Assembly: GCA_964016885.1 (NCBI GenBank)
Contig: OZ024763.1
Location: 10,850,001 to 10,914,000, forward strand
DNA: 64,000 nucleotides
Source of the DNA: Eledone cirrhosa
Lineage: Eukaryota
Direction of reading: 5' to 3'
Part shown: positions 52,244 through 63,789 of the stretch, in pieces
How positions within the stretch are numbered: position 1 is the stretch's first letter
Layout: each line of letters begins with the position of its first letter
The notes under the pieces: generated by a model
Database searches by the model: none
What the model was told of the DNA's origin: nothing
Seen by the model: only the letters and a program-made list of their open reading frames with translations
Made by a program: the position numbers and the translations under genes

Positions 52244-52367
52244 ATAGGAAAATAGTCAGGAGCCCGACGGCTGAGCTCCGGCTGTTTCGACAGCTAGGTC
52301 TGAACGTTCAGACCTAGCTGTCGAAACGGCCAGAGCTCTGCCGTTGGGGTCCTGACTCTTTTCCTAT
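52244..52367. mobile_element. GC-rich hairpin element
   Basis: Loopless palindrome centred on ctgaacgttcag, with GAAA-C(G/A)GC..GCCG-TY on both strands. Confidence 0.75.
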
Positions 52368-53038
52368 ATATATAATTGTTTCTACTTTTGGCACAAGGCC
52401 AGCAATTACCCAGTGCATTACTGGTACTTTATTCTATCGACCCCGTAAGGATGAAAGGCAAAGTCAACCTCGGCGGGATTTGAACTCATATATATAATAT
52501 TTATATATATATACTCATATATATATATTTTCCTATATATATAATACATGCTAGCATAGAAGTTATTCATTAAACATTGCTGATGATGATGATGACATAA
52601 TAAATACAAGAAATATTTATAAAAATCCAATAAAATATAGAAGCCTTTTTATATAAGAACAGCTGAGATGTTTGAGGGCAAATTTTGGACTAAATTTAGA
52701 TTAAAAATATAACAAACTGCATTCCCCTCATGTTAACACAAACAGAAACAACACCAGACCACACACACGTATATACATATATTTAGATACACATAGACAT
52801 ATATACACATGTACACATACATATATAAACATAATATATATATATATACACACACACATATATATATATATACACACACATATATATACACTCCCTCATC
52901 TATCACACTGACTCACTTGTTTCCTTTAATCAAGTATAAGATGGCTGTGTGGTTAAGTAGTTTGCTTTGCAACCATGTGGTTCTGTGTTCACTTCCACTG
53001 CATGACACCTTGGGATCACCATGTCTTCTGATTGGTTA

Positions 53039-53107
<69 letters not shown>

Positions 53108-53110
<3 letters not shown>

Positions 53111-53562
53111 CATCATTTTATGTCCGCTTTTCCCTGCTTGCAAGGGTGGGACGGGTCCTATTCAGCACAGCATCTCTCCACTTGTCACGGTCCTTCGTCA
53201 TCTCCACCGTGAGCTTCAGCGATCTGAGGTCTGCTCTCACCACCTCCGCCCATGTTTTTCGTGGTCTACCTCTACCACGTCTTCCTTCAACTGGCATTTC
53301 TTGGCACTTCTTCACCCATCGGTCATCCTCCATGCGCATCACATGTCCATACCACTTCAGTCTCCTCTCTCGCACACTACATTCTATCCCTCTCAGACAC
53401 AGTTTCTCTCTCAACACATCCATGCTGGGTCGTTCACGTACATTGACATTGCACATCCAACGGAGCATGTTTGCCTCATTTCTCTCCAGCCGTCGCATAT
53501 CCTCTGCAGTTGCTGCCCATGTCTCACTACCATGCAGCATCACGCTCCTCACACACGCATCA
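53108..53562 (-). mobile_element. RTE 3' fragment (same family as 4885-7228)
   Basis: MLHGSETW...RGRGRPRKTW...KRT then stop and (ATG)n. Confidence 0.92.
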
Positions 53563-53864
53563 TATATATACTACCTCAGAACTATTCAATGTCTCAAAGG
53601 GGATCATTCAATAGTGTAGATGTATGTGATTTCGTCAGAGTTGTTAAGACGTTGGATAGAATGCTTTCTGGCATTCGTCCCACCTCATTACGTGCTCTGA
53701 GTTCAAATCCCGCTGTGGTCAACTTTGGCTTTCATCATTTCGAGGTTGATAAAATAAATACCAGTGCAGTACTGGGGTCCATGTTTCCTCAATAGAAAAA
53801 GTTGGCTGTGTTCAGACCTGGAGAGAGTTGGGCTTCGCCAGGTCTAAACGTGCCCGAGACACAC

Positions 53865-54050
53865 CATTTGACGGTGCCTCTACGACTCTACAAGGGGATA
53901 TGGAATCTTTATCCTTTTTATATATTAGATACGTTACAAGTCAAATTCCAGGATGTCCACAAAGGTTTATATTGCGACGACGGTCTGACCTTACAGAGCA
54001 ACATCAAATACAAGTGGAAAACTTTGCAAACACAACACCAGTCAGTCAAC
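53865..54050 (+). mobile_element. Penelope-like RT catalytic-motif relic
   Basis: YILDTL...GLYCDDGL resembles GLYRDDGL. Confidence 0.6.
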
Positions 54051-54494
54051 ACTTTATAACATACACACATACATACATAAAAGTATATCTCTATATATAG
54101 AGAGTATAATCACAACTGCAACAATGTAAATAAACAACATATAAATATACATGTTTTCAATATATAGACATATAAAGACATTTCCCTGTGAATTGAACGA
54201 ATAATAAAACCTTTAATCTATTTTCAGACCTAGTTGAGTCGTAACCAGGAGATGTGTATATCATCTAAACAGCCACAAGGAAATACATATTTGATAGGCT
54301 TATATAGCCAACATAGGTCAATAGAAAGGACACACACACATATATATCAACACACATGCATATATATGAGCACACACACATATATATGAATACACAGTGA
54401 AATACATAATTGCTCTGTTCCTCTTGGATAGCTGTGATGGCTGTGGGTGATAATTTGAGTACACAGGTTATGTTACCTTATTAACCTAATTTCT

Positions 54495-56640
54495 GAAAGC
54501 AAACCTGCTGTTGGCGACAGACAAAGTCTGTGGCTGGAGCAGGCCTGTAGGCAGGAGGAGAGTAACATGGTGGTGGAACAGTAAGGTGGAGGGGTCAATT
54601 AAGGCCAAAAAGCAGGCTTGGAAAGTATGGCGGGATGGGGGAAGTAGAGAAGACTATCAAGTGGCCAGGAGGGAAGCTAGGAGGCAAGTGTACTTAGCAA
54701 GAAGGGAAGCTGAGGAAAGAAAGTTCAAGCATGTTCTACAACGCGATGACCAAAAACGTGAGGTGTTCAGGATTGCTAGGCAATGCGTCAAGGAAAACCG
54801 TGATATTGTCGGGGAGAAGTGTGTACTTAACGATGATGGCATACTTGCCATCACCGACGCTGATAAGAAGGTAGCTTGGAAGTGTCACTATGAAAGGCTA
54901 CTAAATGAGGAGAATAAATGGGAGAAAGACAGTCTCCCCCATATCGACCCAATAGAGAGACCAGCAGTGTTAGTCGAGGGGAGTAAAATAAGTAAGGCAA
55001 TCAAGGATATGAAGACGGGTAAGGCGGCTGGGCCTTCGGAAATAGTTGCTGAGATGCTGAAGGCATCTGGCACGGTGGGACACACCATGGTCACCCGCAT
55101 AGTTAACCAAGTCGTACAGAATGGGGTTGTTCCGAAGGACTGGCATAGCAGCATCATCGTTAACTGTTATAAGGGTAAAGGAGACGCCCTAGATAGGAGT
55201 AACTATAGAGGCATTAAATTAATCGACCAGGTCATGAAGGTCACGGAAAAAGTAATAGCACAACTAATCAGAGAGAGAATTGACCTAGATGAAATGCAGT
55301 TCGGGTTTGTGTCAGGCAAAAGTACCACAGACGCTCTTTTCATTGTACGACAACTACAGGAGAAGTACCTAGCTAAAGGTAAACCCCTCTACTTTGCTTT
55401 TGTCGACTTGGAGAAAGCCTTCGACAGAGTCCTCCGCTCCATTATCTGGTGGGCTCTTAGAAAACTAGGCGTTGACGAATGGCTTGTGAGAGCTATACAA
55501 GCCATGTATAAAGAAACAGTCAGCAAGGTTAGAATTAACAACGAATATAGTGAAGAGTTTAGCGTAAAAGTTGGCGTCCATCAGGGCTCTGTTCTCAGCC
55601 CCCTACTATTTATTATTGCCCTTCAGGCTATAACAGAGGAGTTCAAGACCGGCTGCCCATGGGAACTCCTATACGCAGACGACCTGACACTCATAGCGGA
55701 ATCAATGGCCGAGCTAGAGAAGAAATTCCAAACATGGAAGCACGGCCTAGAATCAAAAGGACTTAAAATTAACCTGGCTAAGACTAAAGTTCTAGTTTGT
55801 AGGAAAGAAAATAAGGCGGCGGTCCCTTCTTGGAAATGGTCGTGCTCGGGGTGTAGGAAAGGCGTAGGTAGAAACTCCATTTTATGTCCTAAATGCAAAG
55901 TATGGGTGCATAAAAGATGTAGTGGGATCACAGGTAAGCTAACTAAGAACATAGATTTTACATGTGGCCGGTGCTCTGGTGCAATAAGTAGCAGCAAGTG
56001 CCCACAAAATACTAGCTCTTTCAATTGTGCAGAGGGTTCTATAGAAATAGTGGACAGTTTCCGTTACCTGGGTGATAAAATCAGCAGTGGGGGAGGGTGC
56101 TCTGAAAGTACAGTAGCTAGAGTCAGAACTGGTTGGAAAAAGTTCAGAGAGCTTATACCACTATTAGCTGCTAAAGGGTTCTCCCTAAAAATGAAAGGCA
56201 GGTTGTACGATGCCTGCATACGAACAGCAATGTTGCATGGCAGTGAGACCTGGGCATTGTGTGCAGAGGATATACGCAGACTAGAGAGGAACGAAGCTTG
56301 CATGCTCCGCTGGATGTGTAACAGTAATATACGTGAACGGCAAAGCATAAACGAACTAAGGACAAAATTAGAAATAAGAGGGATCAGATGTTGTTTACTC
56401 GAGAGAAGGCTACGCTGGTATGGACACGTGATGCGCATGAAAGTCGATAGCTGTATAACAAAGTGCAGGGCAATAAAGATAGATGGTAGCCATGGAATAG
56501 GCAGACCTAGAAAAACCTGGGACGAGCTGATAAACTCCGACCTCACACACTTACACCTCTCCAAGACAATGTCACTGGACCGAGACCTTTGGCGGTACTC
56601 AGTAACAGAGAAGACCCGCCTTACCTAAATACATAGTAAA
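54495..56640 (+). mobile_element. Young RTE LINE, 5'-truncated, with an uninterrupted 705-codon ORF (RT + PHD-type finger, no APE)
   Basis: ORF 54511-56628 with FVDLEKAFD, QGSVLSP and YADD motifs, and a C4HC3 motif at about 55843-55974. Confidence 0.95.
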
Positions 56641-56677
56641 ACCTACTACAGCCAGTAGGCATCTCTAACAAAAACAT

Positions 56678-57017
56678 GGAGGCACATGGCTTAGTGGTTA
56701 GAGCATTGGGCTTGCAATCGAAAGGTTGTGAGTTCAATTCTCAGACCGAGTGGTGTGTTGTTTCCTTGAGCAAGACACTTTATTTCACATTGCTCCAGTT
56801 TACTCAGCTGTAGAAATGAGATGATAGGGACTGGGGTCCCTATCATTCCACTGCAAAGTGGTCGTGAAGGTGTCACGGAAAAAAAGCACCCAGCACTCAC
56901 TGTAAATGAGGTTGGTGTTAGGAAGGGCATCCAGCTGTAGAAATCAAGCCAGAATCAGTTCCTGTCCCACACTTGCAAGCAGGGAAAAAGCGGACGTAAA
57001 ATGAAATGAAATGAAAA
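56678..57017 (+). mobile_element. Full-length SINE-A
   Basis: A and B boxes, core, and tail cttgcaagcagggaaaaagcggacgtaaaatga. Confidence 0.9.
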
Positions 57018-57162
57018 TGATCTATATATATACACACAATATATACACATATATATATATACACACAATATATACATATATATATTTATATATATATACA
57101 CAATATCTACATATATATATATATATATACAGAATATATACATATATATACACAATATATAC

Positions 57163-57204
<42 letters not shown>

Positions 57205-57205
57205 G

Positions 57206-57236
<31 letters not shown>

Positions 57237-57858
57237 CACACACGCATATATATATATATATTTACATATAATGTGACCCCAGAAAGTCCACTGTACCCTA
57301 GCAACCACCCTGACACCCCTATAAGAGCAGTAATATAACTCAAGTGTGTTTACTAATGTTTTCACAGTCCTAGAAATTAGCAGCAATATTACAAATGTCA
57401 CACAGCTTTCATGAACTTTAGAAATGCTGCATATTTTTTAAAACAACAACAGTAATGACCTGTATTGTAACAGTTGTTGTTGTAGTTATTGTTGTTTTAG
57501 GGTGATGGTCATATTACTGTGTATGCTGTTCATGGAAAGTGAACATAAAATCCTTATATATATATATATATATCAAAATACAGAACTGATTTTGGCTTGA
57601 TTTCTACAGCTGGATGCCTTTCCTAACACCAACCTCATTTACAGTGTGTGCTGGGTGCTGTTTGCCATGACACCTACACGACCACTTTATAGTGTAGGCT
57701 GGGTGCTTTTTGTCGTATCACCTTCATTTTGATACAAATACTCCGTTTTACATCATCCAGCTGTTCCCATAAATGGAATTGGAGATATACAAGTGTGGAG
57801 AACTTAATATTGCTAACAAAAATGTTATTGGACCGTTTGACACAACCAATAATACACC

Positions 57859-57896
<38 letters not shown>

Positions 57897-57935
57897 CAAA
57901 ATATTAACAAATGAAAAATGTTCTCATAATCAAAA

Positions 57936-58003
57936 TATATATTTTATTATACATATTTCAAAAGTACAATGGTGTTTAAGTACGTTTTCACGAGATAAAA
58001 TAT
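57936..58003 (-). ncRNA. Degenerate HHR (AT-rich family)
   Basis: TATATTTTAT-CTCGTGA-AAACGTAC..GTACTTTT-GAAA-TATGTA-TA-ATAAAATATA; 10-bp stem I but mutated core. Confidence 0.6.
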
Positions 58004-58539
58004 AAGATTTGATATGCGACATACCGCTACGGTTTTGATTATTCAATTCCAGAGTGCTTTTAATCTGTTGTAAAATTGTATTCGTTGAATAATCAACGAA
58101 CCATATAAATCTTTGGTCATATATATAAATATATATATACACACAAACAATGTACGAAGCCAAATTTTCGGCTTTTGTAGCACTGAGAATACATGTATGT
58201 ATATATCATGATCACCGTTTTACGTCCATTTTTCCACGCTAGGATGGGTCAGACGAGTTGTCCAGTTGTGGGCAATGCTAGGTCAGGTGACCATGTCTTG
58301 CTCATACAGAACTGATTTTGGTTTGATTTCTACAGCTGGATGCCTTTCCTAACACCAACCTCATTTACAGTGAGTACTGGGTACTTTTTGTCGTGACACC
58401 TACACGACCACTTTATAGTGTAGGTTGGGTGCTTTTTGTCGTATCACCTTCATGACCTCTTTACAGTGTGGGACAGAGTGCTGCATACTGATATATATAT
58501 AAATGGAGAGAGAATAATCAAGTTATACTTAAAACATGA

Positions 58540-58636
58540 TATTAATTCTACATCTGTTTCAATGTATAGTGGCGGGCCATACCGCGATATATACGAGGTA
58601 TCTGTTCGTCACTCTACATATCTTCAGGACTTTAGA
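58540..58636 (-). ncRNA. Type I HHR with long stem II and intact core
   Basis: AAGTC-CTGAAGA-TATGTAGAGTGACG...CGCCACTATACATT-GAAA-C agat G-TA-GAATT. Confidence 0.65.
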
Positions 58637-58964
58637 TATTGTTAGAAGTTTCAAGAGTAATTACATGCAAGAGATAACTCCATACTATAGATGAAATTCA
58701 TACCATATACATATATATATATATATATACATATACATACTCATACACACCAACATACATACATTTGTATATAATCACCGCTATCATTTAACCATTTTCC
58801 GTATTCTATGTGTGTGTGTGCATATATATAGTTTTATGAAGGCCAAATCAGTATCCTGCTACTTTGGAATTTCGCCTGTTATGTTTACTGGGTCATCAGG
58901 CAGTCATATACTTACACACACACATACTTATGTAATAAATGACTGATAAATAACAAAGCCGGTA

Positions 58965-59375
58965 CATCATCATCATCATCACCGTTTTACGTCCATTCTT
59001 CCACGCTAGCATGGGTTAGACGGGTTGTCCTGTTGTGGGCAGTGTCTGGTCGGCTGACCATGCCTTGCTCATACAGAAACTGATTCTGGCTTGATTTCTA
59101 CAGCTGGATGCCCTTCCTAACACCAACCTCATTTACAGTGAGTGCTGGGTGCTTTTTCGTGGCGCCTACACGTCCACTTTACAGTGTGGGCTGGGTGCTT
59201 TTTTGCCGTGGCACGTCCACGACCACCTTGCAGTGGGAGGTGTGGGGGCATATTGTCTATATGCTTCAGCTTGTACCCATGGGAGGTCAGGTACTCTGTA
59301 TTACTGCGTGACGCCAGAGGTCACGGTCGTGTGTCATCGCCTTTGAGAGGTGTAATTGGGTAAGGTCGGCTTTTA
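58965..59375 (-). mobile_element. RTE end with SINE-A-type 3' UTR
   Basis: DLTQLHLSKAMTHDRDLWRHAVIQ, then SINE body and (GAT)n. Confidence 0.85.
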
Positions 59376-60764
59376 TCACCTCAGTACAATGCAGTAGAAA
59401 TATATATAGGGTAAAAAATGAGATATAAAACAATGTTTAAGCCAGTATATTCCAACGTAATATTTCGGGGCTCTAACCCTCTTTTCAAATGTAAAACAAA
59501 ATGAAGGAATAAAAGATTTGTTCTTCTCAAACTTAGAACAGTTTGGGAAGAACACATCGGCCGTTCCTTTTTGTTTTGATTGGAGGAAGCTAACAATATA
59601 CTGCAACACTCTTTGACTGGCATCATCTGGCAGTTCTTCATCCAACAACCGTCATCTTTGTGCCACATGTTCCCACACACACACAGAGTCCCAACAGGAA
59701 CTTTAGTTTTTTTATGTAACTAATCTCCTGACACAAAATTTAGTCAACATAGAGGAAATAGTTCAAAAAAATACTTCCTCTGCTCCACCTAGTATCATCA
59801 TCATCACCGTTTAACATCAATTTTTTCCACACTTTCATGGGTGAGATGGGTCGTCCACGCCGGGAAGCAAGTCTGGCCAGGGTTGGCCATGTGTCGCACC
59901 TTGCTCCGGCAAGGACTGTAAATTTGATGGGTATTTTACAGCTGGATGCACTTAATTGCTAAGAATTTGTATTGGTGTACATAAATATTATTTACACAAA
60001 ATACAAAGTAGTATAAAATTACAACAACAAGAGTTTTATGACTATTATCGATGTTAAAGCAGTGATTAACATTGCTGTGGGGAGAAGATGCTTCTGGAAT
60101 TTGTCCTATCGTCTGCATCCCTTCTTTCACCAATCTATATATAAATTTGAGCAACTTCCGTTCATCCGTCAAACAATGTGTGTGTTTGTGTGAATGTATG
60201 TGTGTGTAAAAGGAAGGAAGGAGATGTGTTTACGTATTTATATTTATATACTCATACATATAAATGTATGTATATGCACATACACACATACGCATCAGCG
60301 TTGAAAAAAATCCTAGTTATTTAAAATAATTAGAACCAATTAATCAACTCCATTTAATTGCCAACCACTTTACAGGGTGTATCAGGTGCATTTCATCATA
60401 ACACCAGTGCTAGTGAAGTTATGTTCTCAAAAACACTATAGAGCTTTACGGTGTCTGGTCTATTGTTGCTAACTATACAGAGAGTACTCGGTGTATTTTA
60501 TTGTAGCACCAGCACTAGACAGGTTTGTATCTTCTCAATAAGCCTCAACAGCCCTCTGCGTGTGGCTCGTATGTTAGTGAATTTGTGTGAGTGCGTGCGT
60601 GTGCGTGTGTGTGAGAGTGTGTGAGTACCTAATTAACACTATAACCAATGGTTATAGTGACTGTGTGTTACTGCTTCTAGGACAATTATATGATGGAATT
60701 CAGGAGTTTTAAACCTAATTTTTTTTTTACCAAGTGATTTGAAATTCCAAGAACTGAATACAAT

Positions 60765-61990
60765 AGACACTTGAAGATGGCCAGATGGTAGAACAATTGA
60801 AATACTGACTATAACAACCAGCGTGAGCACATTAGTCTGAATATGTCAGTGTATAATAACAATACCTCTGAAGATGGCCAGATGGTAGAACAATTGAAAT
60901 ACTGACTATAACAACCAGCGTGAGCACATTAGTCTGAATATGTCTGTGTATAATAACAATACCTCTGAAGATGGTCAGAGGGTAGAACAATTGAAATACT
61001 GACTATAACAACCAGCGTGAGCACATTAGTCTGAATATGTCAGTGTATAATAACAATACCTCTGAAGATGGTCAGAGGGTAGAACAATTGAAATACTGAC
61101 TATAACAACCAGCGTGAGCACATTAGTCTGAATATGTCTGTGTATAATAACAATACCTCTGAAGATGGTCAGAGGGTAGAACAATTGAAATACTGACTAT
61201 AACAACCAGCGTGAGCACATTAGTCTGAATATGTCAGTGTATAATAACAATACCTCTGAAGATGGTCAGAGGGTAGAACAATTGAAATACTGACTATAAC
61301 AACCAGCGTGAGCACATTAGTCTGAATATGTCTGTGTATAATAACAATACCTCTGAAGATGGTCAGAGGGTAGAACAATTGAAATACTGACTATAACAAC
61401 CAGCGTGAGCACATTAGTCTGAATATGTCTGTGTATAATAACAATACCTCTGAAGATGGCCAGAGGGTAGAACAATTGAAATACTGTGACTATAACAACC
61501 AGCGTGAGCACATTAGTCTGAATATGTCTGTGTATAATAACAATACTTCTGAAGATGGCCAGAGGGTAGAACAATTGAAATACTGTGACTATAACAACCA
61601 GCGTGAGCACATTAGTCTGAATATGTCAGTGTATAATAACAATATCTCTGAAGATGGCCAGAGGATAGAACAATTGAAATACTGTGACTATAACAACCAG
61701 CGTGAGGACACTAGTCTGAATATGTCAGTGTATAATAACTGTTTCTACTTTTGGCAAAAGGCCAGCAATTATCTCAGTGCATTACTGGTACTTTATTTTA
61801 TTAACCCCGTATGGCCAGAGGGTACAAGAGTTAAAATATTGTAACTATAACAACCAGCGTGAGGACATTAGTCTGAATATATCAGTGTATAATAACAATA
61901 CCTCTGAAGATGGGCAAAGGGTAGGACAATTGAAATACTGTGACTATAACAACCAAGGTGAGGACACTAGCCTGAATATGTCAGTGTATG
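60765..61990 (+). repeat. About 12 x 97/99-bp tandem repeat with an HHR-like core; SINE-B fragment at about 61735-61810
   Basis: CTGAAGA recurs at 60868, 60965, 61062 and onward; unit acct-CTGAAGA-tggcc..-GAAA-tactg..cagcg-tg-ag. Confidence 0.9.
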
Positions 61991-62263
61991 ATATCAGTCA
62001 TTTATAGAAGACAAAATTTACCATGAAAAGCAGGACAAACATGCCATTATAATGTAGAAAAAACTGACAAAATGTGGCATAAAAATGAATATTAAAAGGC
62101 CAGAAAGTTTGCCATTAAAAACTCTTAAAATCCACAAAATTCATTTAAAAGCTGATAAAACTCCCAATTAAAAGGTGACATAATTGTCAGAGGTAGACTG
62201 TAACAATGATTGGAGGAGATTTAGCTCAGTATTACTTCAGTGGTTATTAAATAAAACATACAT

Positions 62264-62296
<33 letters not shown>

Positions 62297-62437
62297 CAAA
62301 CATATATACACACACACATATATATATACAAACATATACACACACACATATACACAAAAACACAAACATATACACATAATATATATATTATAAAGAGTTG
62401 GGACCTGATGGCTGAGGTCTTGCAGTGTCAACAGTTA

Positions 62438-62503
<66 letters not shown>

Positions 62504-62511
<8 letters not shown>

Positions 62512-62828
62512 CATGAAACAAAGTTCTGTTTAAATCATTTATTTGCTTACAATTGTTTCTTCCAAACCGAGGTTTGGAGTCTTCGGAGCAATTATTCAGT
62601 GATTTTTAACATACTTGACCTCCTTTTCAACACAAGAGACATATAGAAACATATGTATATATTGACCCAATATATACATATGTTTCTATATGTCTCTTGT
62701 GTTGAAAAGGAGGTCAAGTATGTTAAAAATCACTGAATAATTGCTCCGAAGACTCCAAACCTCGGTTTGGAAGAAACAATTGTAAGCAAATAAATGATTT
62801 AAACAGAACTTTGTTTCATGTAATCTCT
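62504..62828. ncRNA. Perfect palindrome (161-bp arms, 3-nt loop) with an HHR on each strand
   Basis: Plus strand: aaatca..ttgct-CCGAAGA-ctccaaac ctcg gtttggaa-GAAA-C aatt G-TA|agcaa..tgattt, predicted cut after 62784. Confidence 0.8.
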
Positions 62829-63029
62829 TTATAACTGCTCTGTAAAACAACTGATGTTACATTGAGCTATTTATCTTACTGGTAATAAGATAGTAATAAA
62901 TTACTGTCTTTCACTATTTAGGGTATAATATATATGTAACTATAAAAGGTTTTAGTATATACATAACCATAAATAGTATCTTTAATACTATATATATATA
63001 TAAAAATATATAAAGTCTAAAGTCTGTCT

Positions 63030-63297
63030 TAAGCCAGAAAGCTTATTTGGTTGGTGCTTATCCCGGTTTCATAGTGTGAAGCAACTGAGAGTACAAGACC
63101 CCCCCCCCCCTGGACAGGACGCCAGTCCATCGCAGAGTTAAACCCCCAGCTATTGTTGGTACCTATTTTCAGCTGAGTATACTGGAGCAACGTGAAATGA
63201 AGTGTTTTGTTCAAGAACACAACACGCAACCCAAGAATCGAACCCATGACATTATGATCGTAAGTTCAACACCCTTACCATGAGGCCACATGCCTCC
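63030..63297 (-). mobile_element. tRNA-SINE (family A-related variant)
   Basis: B-box GGTTCGATTC and core ttcttgaacaaaacacttcatttcacgttgctccag. Confidence 0.75.
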
Positions 63298-63320
63298 ACA
63301 CACACACATATATATATATA

Positions 63321-63755
63321 TAGTGTACCCCTGGCATTCGTGGTCCCGGTTATTTGTGGAATTTTCCTTAGAACCTAATAATTGTTCGTGGAAACCACCA
63401 CAGATTCATGGAATCATAAAACCCCATCTCACTACCCCTACTCCACCCCTCCCCACCCACTCTTTCTCTGTAAAGTTATGTTGGTACCACAACATCCAGT
63501 TCAAAATAAATGAGGTCGTGTAGGTGTCACGACAAAAAAACACAGTCCATGCTGTACTGTGGCCGTGTAGGTAACACAGTAAAATCCTCCCAGTTCCACA
63601 CTGTAAACGTGGTTGGTGTTAGGAAGGGCATCCAGCTGTAGAAAACCTGCCAGACAGCCCTATACGAGCGAGACATGGTCACCTGACCAATCTTGCCTCA
63701 AGTAGGACAATTCCCGTCTAAACCTATGCTAGCGTGGAAGATAGACGTTAAACGC

Positions 63756-63789
<34 letters not shown>

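Noticed and set aside
58840-58950. Minus-strand CTGATGA-ccc..ggc-GAAA motif (a similar one at 52100-52150)
   Set aside because: Stems I and III cannot be closed convincingly; possibly a decayed HHR but unsupported.
59936-60172. 78-aa minus ORF (TDERKLLKFIYRLVKEG...)
   Set aside because: No recognisable family and no convincing splice sites.
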